Shown here: positions 56,580 to 64,000 of the stretch, piece by piece
How positions within the stretch are numbered: position 1 is the stretch's first letter
Layout of the letters: the number at the start of each line of letters is the position of its first letter
Assembly (NCBI GenBank): GCA_963722185.1
Contig: CAVRKD010000010.1
Span: 175,122 to 239,121, forward strand
Length of the DNA: 64,000 nt
Source: an uncultured Actinomycetes bacterium
Lineage (GTDB): Bacteria > Actinomycetota > Acidimicrobiia > Acidimicrobiales > JACCXE01
Direction: 5' to 3'
The notes under the pieces: generated by a model
Databases searched by the model: none
Seen by the model: the letters and a program-made list of their open reading frames with translations, nothing else
Told to the model about the DNA's origin: nothing
Made by a program: the position numbers and the translations under genes

Positions 56580-56691
56580 TCGTCGGGGCGGATTGGTTCG
56601 TGAACCATCGTGCCTTCACCGACTTCCGCTCGACCGCAATGGACGGTTGGCGCGCCGGCGACACGAAGGACGCGACGATCCCGTAACGGCT

Positions 56692-57891
56692 CTACGGAAT
56701 CGCGCCCGATTCCTTGAGTTCGATGATGCGGTCCCAGTCGTAACCGAGTTCCAACAGCACCTCTTCGGTGTGTTGGGCGAACTCCGGTGGAGACGACTGC
56801 GGCGCGCCGGGAGTGCCGAAGAAGTCGACGGGCGAGGCCACGCCCTTGATCGGATCGCCGTCGGCCGACGGCACGTCGACGAATCCGCCGGCGGCGTGGG
56901 CGACCGGATCGTCGATCAGTTCGTGGGCGTGCTGCACGGGCGCGAACCAGACGTTCTCTCGATCGAAGATGGCCGCCCAGTCGTCGAAGGTCTTGGTGGC
57001 GAACACGGCGTTGAGTTCTTCCACGAGCACCGCAGAATTCATGAAGCGCGCCTCGATGGTGGCGAAGCGTTCATCGCTGTCCCACTCCGGCTTGGCGATG
57101 GCGCGGATGACGTCGGGCCACATGCGCCCGCCTTGCAGGCCGAGCAGCCAGAAGCGGCGGCCGTCGCCGGCGGTGTACGCGCTGATCATCGGATTCGGTG
57201 GTTGGTGCACGGTCATCGGCACCGTCGGGAAGCCGAGGCGCAGCGCCATGCTCACGTCCCAGCCGATCATGTACATGCCGATGCGCATGAGCGACGTCGC
57301 CACGAGTTGGCCCTTGCCGGTGCGCTCCCGCGCCAACAGCGCGGCCGACACGGCGCCGGCGGCTGCCATGCCGGCCATGTGATCGCCCATGCCGCCGCGC
57401 TGATACGGCAGGTCAGTCCCCTCGGGCGCCAGTGACGCGGCGACCCCGGCGCGGGACCAGAACGCGCCGACGTCGTACGCCGCGCGGTCGCGTTCCTCGC
57501 CGGTCATGCCGTAGCCGTTGATCTGCGCGTAGACGAGCCGCGGGTTGCGAGCGGCAACCGTCTCGTAGTCGAGCCCAGCGCGCGCAAGGGCGACGGGGCG
57601 GGCGTTGGTGATGAACACGTCGGCCTCGTCGACGAGCTGCGCGGCGATGGCGCGTCCCTCTTCCGTTGCCAGGTTCAAGCTGACGCTGCGCTTGTTGCGA
57701 TTGTCGAGTTCGAACGGTGGGCTGACGCCGTCACCGCCGAACGCCGAGAGAAGTCCGCGAAACGGATCACCGTCGGGCGGCTCGATTTTGATGACTTCGG
57801 CGCCCCAGTCGCCGAGGATCGCCGCCGCCGCCGGCCCCGCAACCCACATCCCGACTTCGACGACCTTCACGCCTTCCATTGGTCCCGGCAT
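56692..57891 (-). CDS. CaiB/BaiF family (class III) CoA-transferase
   Basis: The start is at MPGPMEGVKVVEVGMWVAGPAAAAILGDWGAEVIKIEPP within ORF 56692..58125. Confidence 0.85.
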   Translation of the reverse strand: MPGPMEGVKVVEVGMWVAGPAAAAILGDWGAEVIKIEPPDGDPFRGLLSAFGGDGVSPPFELDNRNKRSVSLNLATEEGRAIAAQLVDEADVFITNARPVALARAGLDYETVAARNPRLVYAQINGYGMTGEERDRAAYDVGAFWSRAGVAASLAPEGTDLPYQRGGMGDHMAGMAAAGAVSAALLARERTGKGQLVATSLMRIGMYMIGWDVSMALRLGFPTVPMTVHQPPNPMISAYTAGDGRRFWLLGLQGGRMWPDVIRAIAKPEWDSDERFATIEARFMNSAVLVEELNAVFATKTFDDWAAIFDRENVWFAPVQHAHELIDDPVAHAAGGFVDVPSADGDPIKGVASPVDFFGTPGAPQSSPPEFAQHTEEVLLELGYDWDRIIELKESGAIP

Positions 57892-57916
57892 GAACCTGAG
57901 CGTACGGTGACCGCCC

Positions 57917-59182
57917 ATGACCACGCCGCTGGAAACGCCTGAACTGTTCGACCTCCGCATGAGCGAGGGGGCACGCGAGCTGTACGACCGCGTCGTCCAG
58001 TTCCTCCAGGACACCGTGGCTCCGATGCACGAGCAGTTCGTCGCGCTGGGCGAGAACAAAGAGGACCGGTGGCAATTCGCCCCCGGCCAGCTCGAGTTGC
58101 TTGACCAGGCGAAGGAGAAGGCCAAGGCGGCCGGGCTGTGGAACTTCTTCCTGCCCGACTCCGAAGTCGGTGGCCTGTCGAACCTCGACTACGCGTACAT
58201 CGCCGTCGAGTTGGGCAAGTACCCGCTCGGTTCGGAGAGCCTCAACTGCTCGGCGCCTGACACCGGCAACATGGAAGTGCTCGAACGCGTCGGCACGCCG
58301 GAACAGAAGAAGCAGTGGCTCGAGCCGTTGCTCAACGGCGAGATCCGGTCGGCCTACGCCATGACCGAGCCCGACCTGGCGAGTTCGGACGCCAAGAACA
58401 TTTCACTCGCTGCGGTGCGCGACGGCGACGAGTACGTACTCAACGGCGAGAAGTACTACATCTCGGGGGCGGGCGATCCCCGCTGCAAGATCATGATCGT
58501 CATGTGCAAGACCAACCCGGACGCGGCGGCGCACAAGCAGCAGTCGCAGATTCTCGTGCCGATGGACACGCCGGGTGTCGAAGTCCTCGGTCCGATGCAC
58601 GTGTTCGGCCACGACGACGCGCCCCATGGCCACATGCACCTGCGCTTCACCGACGTGCGCGTGCCGGCCAGCAACATGCTGCTCGGCGAAGGCCGCGGCT
58701 TCGAGATCAGTCAGGTGCGTCTCGGTCCCGGGCGCATTCATCACTGCATGCGCGCCATCGGCGCCGGCGAGAAGGCGCTCGAACTCATGATCCGGCGCGC
58801 CAAGTTCCGCGAGGCGTTCGGCAAGCCGATCCTCAGTCTCGGCAAGAACATGGAAACGGTTTCACGAGCGCGCATCGAACTCGACGCCTGCCGGCTCATG
58901 GTGCTGCAGGCAGCGAAGGCGATGGACGTGCTCGGCAACGCCGAAGCGCGCGTCTACGTGAGCGCGGTCAAAGCGATGGTGCCCGAGAAGGTGTGCCAGA
59001 TCATCGACCAGGCCATTCAGATCCACGGCGCGACCGGCGTGTCGCAGTGGACACCGCTGGCGGCGATGTACACGAGCCAGCGGACCCTGCGGCTCGCCGA
59101 CGGTCCCGACGAGGTACACCACTTCGTCGTGGCCCGCGCCGAAGCGGCGCGCTACAGCGAACCGGCGCCGGCGCGCGGCTAG
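57917..59182 (+). CDS. Acyl-CoA dehydrogenase
   Basis: 421 aa with AMTEPDLASSDA, YYISGAG and a QIHGATG C-terminal domain. Confidence 0.9.
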   Translation: MTTPLETPELFDLRMSEGARELYDRVVQFLQDTVAPMHEQFVALGENKEDRWQFAPGQLELLDQAKEKAKAAGLWNFFLPDSEVGGLSNLDYAYIAVELGKYPLGSESLNCSAPDTGNMEVLERVGTPEQKKQWLEPLLNGEIRSAYAMTEPDLASSDAKNISLAAVRDGDEYVLNGEKYYISGAGDPRCKIMIVMCKTNPDAAAHKQQSQILVPMDTPGVEVLGPMHVFGHDDAPHGHMHLRFTDVRVPASNMLLGEGRGFEISQVRLGPGRIHHCMRAIGAGEKALELMIRRAKFREAFGKPILSLGKNMETVSRARIELDACRLMVLQAAKAMDVLGNAEARVYVSAVKAMVPEKVCQIIDQAIQIHGATGVSQWTPLAAMYTSQRTLRLADGPDEVHHFVVARAEAARYSEPAPARG

Positions 59183-59190
59183 GCCCGGCG

Positions 59191-60228
59191 TTGAAACTCT
59201 CGACCGGCGTCGGCTACACGGGCGACCCCAAGAAGGCGGCGAAGCGAGCGAAGGATCTCGAGTCCGCCGGCGTCGACATGGTCTGGGTGGCGGAGCTCTA
59301 CAGCTTCGACGCCATCAGCATCCTCGGCTATTTGGCCGCCCACACGGAGCGCATGGAGTTGGGCACCAGCATCATGCCGATCTACTCACGCACGCCGACG
59401 CTGATCGCCATGACCGCCGCCGGCCTCGACGCCGTGTCCGACGGGCGGTTCGTGCTCGGCCTCGGGACGTCGGGCCCGCAAGTCATCGAGGGGTGGCACG
59501 CGATGGCGTTCGACAAGCCGCTCACGCGCACGCGCGAGATCATCGACATCTGCCGCATGGTGTGGAAGCGCGAGCGCGTCGTGTACGACGGCGACGCCTA
59601 CACGTTCCCGCTACCCGAGGATCAGGGCACCGGACTCGGTAAGCCGCTCAAGATCATCAACCACCCCGTGCGCGACGACATCCCCGTCTACATCGCCAGC
59701 CTCGGTCCGAAGAACGTGCAGATGACCGCCGAGTTAGCCGACGGATGGCTACCGGCGTTCTTCCATCCCGACAAAGCGCGTGACGTCTTCGGCGACGATC
59801 TCGCCATCGGCAGCAAGGCGCGCGATCCGGAGCGGGCGCCGCTGGAGATCGTCGCCGGCGGGACCGTCGCGATTTGCGACGAGGCGACCGCCGCCAAGAT
59901 CCGCAACGGCGGACGACCGGGCACGGCGCTGTACGTCGGCGGCATGGGCGCCAAGGGACGCAACTTCTACAACAACGTGTTCCGTCGCTACGGCTACGAG
60001 GCCGAGGCCGAGCAGATACAGAACCTGTACCTCGACGGCAAGAAGGATGAAGCGGCGGCACTCGTGCCCGACGAATATCTACGCGCCACCGCCATGGTGG
60101 GCGACGAGGGTTACGTCCGCGATCGCATCCAAGCGTTCAAGGCCGCCGGAGTCACGCGCCTCAGCGTCAACCCCGTAGGCGACGACCCTCTCAAGCTCAT
60201 CGAGAAGGTCAAGGCCTGGGCGGACTAG
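59191..60228 (+). CDS. LLM-class (luciferase-like) flavin/F420-dependent oxidoreductase
   Basis: A TTG start gives (M)KLSTGVGYTG. It contains VWVAELYSFDAIS and GLGTSGPQVIEGWH. The upstream part of ORF 58315.. is an alternative frame of the ACAD gene. Confidence 0.85.
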   Translation: MKLSTGVGYTGDPKKAAKRAKDLESAGVDMVWVAELYSFDAISILGYLAAHTERMELGTSIMPIYSRTPTLIAMTAAGLDAVSDGRFVLGLGTSGPQVIEGWHAMAFDKPLTRTREIIDICRMVWKRERVVYDGDAYTFPLPEDQGTGLGKPLKIINHPVRDDIPVYIASLGPKNVQMTAELADGWLPAFFHPDKARDVFGDDLAIGSKARDPERAPLEIVAGGTVAICDEATAAKIRNGGRPGTALYVGGMGAKGRNFYNNVFRRYGYEAEAEQIQNLYLDGKKDEAAALVPDEYLRATAMVGDEGYVRDRIQAFKAAGVTRLSVNPVGDDPLKLIEKVKAWAD

Positions 60229-60306
60229 GCGGGGTTGCGACCGGTGTAGGCGAGCAGCTTGTCCCCAGAGCGTCACCCGGCCCCGAGGATGAAACCATGA
60301 GGTTCG

Positions 60307-60741
60307 CTAGGGGCGTCGCCGCACGATCAACGTGTCAAGGTGGGACATGAGGGTCACGTCGTGCTGGTTGACCAACGAGATGCGGAGCTTGACGATCCCA
60401 CGATCGGGCTTCGAACTCGATGCTCGACACTCGAGCCATTCGAGTACGACGTGCACTGCGTCACGGGGACGTAAGGGTTCGTGGAAGCGAACCTCGTCGT
60501 AGCCGGCCGATCCGACGATCGCCGTCGCCTCCCCCAGGTCATGAAGCAGCCTCGACTTGACGGCGAGCACATAGGACCCGGACGCGGTGAGCCCGCCTGC
60601 GATCTCGTCGCCTACGGCCGGATCGACGTGCATCGGCACCGGATCCCAACGACGGGCAAACGCGATCATCTCGTCCTGCTCGACTGTGTAGCTCGGGCTC
60701 TGCAGCGTGTCGCCCGGCCGAATGTCCTCGAAGTAGAGCAT
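60307..60741 (-). CDS. MaoC-like (R-specific enoyl-CoA hydratase fold) dehydratase
   Basis: 144 aa with FARRWDPVPMHVD, the hotdog hydratase motif. Confidence 0.85.
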   Translation of the reverse strand: MLYFEDIRPGDTLQSPSYTVEQDEMIAFARRWDPVPMHVDPAVGDEIAGGLTASGSYVLAVKSRLLHDLGEATAIVGSAGYDEVRFHEPLRPRDAVHVVLEWLECRASSSKPDRGIVKLRISLVNQHDVTLMSHLDTLIVRRRP

Positions 60742-60784
60742 CGTTTCTCCTGTCAGGTGACCCTGCCGATGAGCTTCGGCCGAC

Positions 60785-61528
60785 CTACCCGATCTCTAAC
60801 TCGGCCCACACCGGCCAGTGGTCGGACGGTAGCTTCCCGCCGGGTCGTTCGTGGCTGACGCCGGCGGCGATGACAGTGATGTCGCCGCGCACGAGGATGT
60901 GGTCGATGGTCGGGCCGTCGGTGCCGCCGCGGAACCGATGCGCCGTGCCGCTCGGGCCGGTGTCGACACGGCGGAAGCCGACAGCGACGAGATGCTCGAG
61001 AACCTCGCTCGCCGGCGAGGCGTTGAAGTCGCCGACGAGCACGTGTGGCCGGTCGTCGGTGAGCCACGTTGCGAGTTGGGACGCGCTGGCGAGGCGGCGG
61101 TCCGGCGAGCGCTCGTCGAGGTGGGTGCTCGTGAAAGCGAGTGCGGCGCCGTCGCGCAAACGCAGCTCCGCCGTGGTGGCGATGCGCGGAAACAGCGCGC
61201 CGCGCAGCCGCGTCCCCGGAACATCGACGGCGTCGCCGAACCAGCGCGTCGTCGAGCTCACCACCTGCGCGCCCGCGGTACGCACGAGCACCGACGTGTG
61301 TTCGCCGCGCCGGCGCCGCGACCGTCCCTCACCGACTGCTTCGCTGCCGGGCAGCTGATCGCGCAACCATCGCAGCTGGCACCGGTACGCCTCCTGCAAC
61401 CCGACGACGTCGGCGTCGAGTTGGGCGATCGCCGCCGCGGTGGCGCGTCGGCGGAACAACCACGAGTGATGCCAGTCCGGCGCCAGCGCGTTGCGAATGT
61501 TGAAGCTCGCGACGCGGAGGCGACTCAC
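60785..61528 (-). CDS. Endonuclease/exonuclease/phosphatase (EEP) family protein
   Basis: The GTG at 61528 overlaps the upstream stop (GTGA). It contains RVASFNIRN, VVGLQE, VGDFN and SDHWPV. Confidence 0.8.
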   Translation of the reverse strand: MSRLRVASFNIRNALAPDWHHSWLFRRRATAAAIAQLDADVVGLQEAYRCQLRWLRDQLPGSEAVGEGRSRRRRGEHTSVLVRTAGAQVVSSTTRWFGDAVDVPGTRLRGALFPRIATTAELRLRDGAALAFTSTHLDERSPDRRLASASQLATWLTDDRPHVLVGDFNASPASEVLEHLVAVGFRRVDTGPSGTAHRFRGGTDGPTIDHILVRGDITVIAAGVSHERPGGKLPSDHWPVWAELEIG

Positions 61529-62166
61529 CGGGCGCGCAGCGTGTCGAGGCCCGGCCCCTCGAGATCGGCCAGCGCATGGCGGCGGCCGAGCATCGCCATG
61601 AGCAACGCCTCGCCCGGACCGGTGACCGCCGGGCCGTCGCCCCACGACCACTCGACGTCGTCGGCGGTGAAACGCAGGCCTTTCGTGCGCCGCTTGGCCC
61701 CGAACACCGATCCCAACTCGGGTGCGGCCGCGAGAGTCGCCATCAGACGATCGGTTGGGATCGTGCGGCCGTGGTCGAGGGCGCGGCGGATGTCCTGGTG
61801 GTGGACGAGGCGATCGAGCAAGGTCAGCTTCGGCGGGAAGACGCGGCAGGTCCCGGCCCAGGGGTTGCGGATGTCGAAGTCGCGCAGCAGGTCGGCGACG
61901 GACTTCCCTTCGGCGCGGGCGATCGAATACGCCTTGCCTGATCGATCCGACGAGAAGCCGTAGCGAGCGAGGCGAAACGGCAGCGTCACCAGGTTCATCT
62001 CGTTGCCGTAGAGGATGTGGCCGACGACGTCGCGGACCCGCCAGCCATCGCACAACGACGGGCGGTCCCAGTCGGGCTCGGTCAGCGAGCGCAGGTAGGA
62101 CGAGAACTCGGCGTTCTCCTCGTCGTGCATTCGGCGGTACTCGTCGTTCTTCACGGCCCTCTTCAT
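61525..62166 (-). CDS. Maleylpyruvate isomerase family mycothiol-dependent (DinB-like) protein
   Basis: 213 aa with LTEPDWDRPSLCDGWRVRDVVGHI, the typical N-terminal DinB/TIGR03083-type motif. Confidence 0.8.
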   Translation of the reverse strand: MKRAVKNDEYRRMHDEENAEFSSYLRSLTEPDWDRPSLCDGWRVRDVVGHILYGNEMNLVTLPFRLARYGFSSDRSGKAYSIARAEGKSVADLLRDFDIRNPWAGTCRVFPPKLTLLDRLVHHQDIRRALDHGRTIPTDRLMATLAAAPELGSVFGAKRRTKGLRFTADDVEWSWGDGPAVTGPGEALLMAMLGRRHALADLEGPGLDTLRAR

Positions 62167-62195
62167 ACCCGCGCCGCCAATGACAGGATGGGCAC

Positions 62196-63461
62196 GTGAC
62201 CGACGTCAACCTCAGCGACCCCGCGTTCTGGACCCAGCCACTCGAACAGCGTCAGGCGGGCTTCGCCACGCTGCGGCGTGAGGACCCGATCGCCTTCTTC
62301 GACGAGCCGACCTTCGGCGACATCGCTCTCGGGCCCGGCTACTACGCCATCACCAAGCACGCCGATCTGCTCGAGATCAGCCGCAACCCCGAGGTCTTCT
62401 GTTCCGGCCTCGGCTCGACGTCGGTCACCGACATGCCTCCGGAGGCAGCCGAGTTCTTCGGCTCGTTCATCGTCATGGACGACCCTCGTCACGCGCGGTT
62501 GCGCGGCATCGTCTCCCGGCGGTTCACGCCCAAGCAGCTGCAGGGCGTGATGGACAACGTCGCCAAGGTGGCCGACGAGATCATCGACGGGATGGCCGCG
62601 AAAGGGGAGACCGACTTCGTGCGCGACATCTCGGCACCGTTCCCCCTGCTGATCATCATGGACATGATGGGTATCCCGCGCAGCGAGTACGCGACCTGTC
62701 TCGACGCCACCAACAAGATTCTCGGCGCCGGCGACGCCGAGTTCTTCGACGGCGCCCAGGGTGAGGAGATGTTCGGCCAGGTGATCGGCGCCGGCATGAC
62801 GCTCGTGCAGCTCATGAACGAAGTCGCCGAGTTCAAGCGCACCAACCCGGGCGACGACTTGACGACGCAGCTCATCAACGCCGAGCTCGAAGACGACGTG
62901 CTCACGCCGCAGGAACTCGGTTCGTTCTTCATCCTGCTCGCCGTCGCCGGCAACGACACCACGCGCACCGCGCTCAGCCACGGCATGCACTACCTAACGC
63001 AGAACCCAGACCAGCGCAAGATCTGGCAGGACAATCTCGACGACGTGACCACGACGGCGGTCGAGGAGATCGTGCGGTACGCCGGGCCGGTGGTCTACAT
63101 GCGCCGCACGTTGACCCGCGACGCCGCGATCGAGTCCGGTCACGATTTCAAGGCGGGGGAGAAGGTCGTGTTGTTCTACGGCTCGGCCAGCCGCGACGAG
63201 GACGTGTTCGACGATCCCGACCGCTTCGACGTGCGACGCAACCCGAATCCCCACGTCGGCTTCGGTGGCCCGGGCCCGCACTTCTGCCTCGGCGCCCACC
63301 TCGCCCGCCGCGAGCTCAACGTCATGTTCCGCCGGCTGTTCGAACGCCTACCCGACATCGAGGCCACCGCTCCGCCCGAATTGCTGAACCCGCAGGGCAT
63401 CCCGCTCGTCACCGGCGTGAAGCGCATCCCGGTCAAGTACACGCCGGTGAAGGTGTCCTGA
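62196..63461 (+). CDS. Cytochrome P450 (CYP124/125/142-like), intact
   Basis: 421 aa with AVAGNDTTR, EEIVRY and the heme loop FGGPGPHFCLGAHLARRE. It is a close paralogue of the pseudogene at 18806..20082. Confidence 0.9.
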   Translation: MTDVNLSDPAFWTQPLEQRQAGFATLRREDPIAFFDEPTFGDIALGPGYYAITKHADLLEISRNPEVFCSGLGSTSVTDMPPEAAEFFGSFIVMDDPRHARLRGIVSRRFTPKQLQGVMDNVAKVADEIIDGMAAKGETDFVRDISAPFPLLIIMDMMGIPRSEYATCLDATNKILGAGDAEFFDGAQGEEMFGQVIGAGMTLVQLMNEVAEFKRTNPGDDLTTQLINAELEDDVLTPQELGSFFILLAVAGNDTTRTALSHGMHYLTQNPDQRKIWQDNLDDVTTTAVEEIVRYAGPVVYMRRTLTRDAAIESGHDFKAGEKVVLFYGSASRDEDVFDDPDRFDVRRNPNPHVGFGGPGPHFCLGAHLARRELNVMFRRLFERLPDIEATAPPELLNPQGIPLVTGVKRIPVKYTPVKVS

Positions 63462-63466
63462 CCAGG

Positions 63467-64000
63467 ATCACCGACCTCTTCGAATGTCGGTACCCGATCC
63501 AGCAGGCGGGCATCGGCGCGATGGCGACGCCCGACCTGGCGATCGCTGTCGCCGCCGCAGGCGGCATTGGCATGCTGTCGGGCTCTGCCGGCCGCGCCGC
63601 GTTGTCGGCGCAACTCGACGCGTTACCGGCGGATGCGGTTATCGGCGTCAACTTCCTCATGCCGTTCCTGGACCCGGGCGCAGTTGCCGACGCGTCGGCG
63701 CGCGTGCCGTACGTCGAGTTCTTCTGGGCGCCGCCCGACGCCAGGCTGGTCGAGATGGTGCATGCCGGTGGTGCGCTCGCCGGCTGGCAGGTCGGATCCG
63801 CGCACGAGGCGACGCAAGCGCGTGACGCGGGGTGCGACGTGGTGGTCGCGCAGGGCGTGGAAGCGGGTGGGCACGTTCGCGGTACAACGGGACTGCTGCC
63901 GTTACTCGACGAGGTGCGCGCCGTGGTCGATCTACCGGTCATTGGTGCCGGCGGGATCGGCACGGCACGCGCCGTCGCCGCCGCGCTGGCGGCGGGCGCC
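63467..64000 (+). CDS. Nitronate monooxygenase family protein, 3' partial, start codon unresolved
   Basis: The frame is open to the window end. It reads ITDLFECRYPIQQAGIGAMATPDLAIAVAAAGGIGML ... AQGVEAGGHVRG ... VIGAGGIG. No ATG, GTG or TTG lies in frame between the P450 stop and the conserved N-terminus. Confidence 0.7.
   Translation, partial: MTDLFECRYPIQQAGIGAMATPDLAIAVAAAGGIGMLSGSAGRAALSAQLDALPADAVIGVNFLMPFLDPGAVADASARVPYVEFFWAPPDARLVEMVHAGGALAGWQVGSAHEATQARDAGCDVVVAQGVEAGGHVRGTTGLLPLLDEVRAVVDLPVIGAGGIGTARAVAAALAAGA

Noticed and set aside
1-64000. I searched by eye for tRNA/rRNA genes, transposases, integrases, toxin-antitoxin pairs and recognisable phage-defence genes.
   Set aside because: I found no T-arm/anticodon-like structures or rRNA-like conserved tracts, and no ORF with DDE, tyrosine- or serine-recombinase or known defence-system motifs. 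The only nuclease-type accessory gene is the decayed DUF222-HNH.

Overview
The window is a very GC-rich, densely coding chromosomal segment of actinobacterial type. Supporting markers are a mycothiol-type DinB/maleylpyruvate-isomerase family protein, several PPOX/LLM (F420-type) oxidoreductases, stand-alone LigD-type NHEJ domains and CYP124/125-like P450s. I support about 60 protein-coding genes. I saw no rRNA, tRNA, CRISPR array, transposase or integrase. All calls come from reading the supplied translations and the DNA; no database search was possible.

Main content, in order:
- 1-4.7 kb: an esterase / TetR / dienelactone-hydrolase / kinase-like block.
- 4.86-13.3 kb: two adjacent giant secreted proteins (1373 aa and about 1444 aa). 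Each has ten ~90-aa 'tandem-95'/cadherin-like repeats and a related C-terminal module.
- 14.4-18.8 kb: a four-gene signalling operon (receiver-PP2C phosphatase, CHASE3 histidine kinase, single-domain response regulator, orphan Tat/lipoprotein sugar-binding protein).
- 18.8-20.1 kb: a full-length cytochrome P450 pseudogene with at least seven frame changes. It is a paralogue of the intact P450 at 62.2 kb.
- 25.3-26.7 kb: a frameshifted DUF222-HNH (REP13E12-like) endonuclease gene behind a near-consensus promoter.
- 28.5 and 34.6 kb: separated LigD polymerase and ligase genes.
- 37.8-42.1 kb: two uncharacterised proteins next to a metallophosphoesterase and two CaiB/BaiF CoA-transferases.
- 42.1-44.9 kb: a TetR / ferredoxin-reductase / membrane-desaturase unit with a 13-bp-arm inverted repeat across both start codons.
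- 44.9-56.6 kb: several secreted enzymes, namely a vanadium-haloperoxidase-like PAP2 protein, an S8 protease with PKD and PPC domains, and an LPXTG-anchored tannase-like hydrolase.
- 56.7-64 kb: an acyl-CoA/lipid-type catabolic cluster.

The candidates I rate most worth follow-up are the giant repeat-protein pair, the CHASE3 kinase plus orphan binding-protein module, and the divergent hypothetical pair at 37.8-39.2 kb. None of these can be proven novel from sequence alone.
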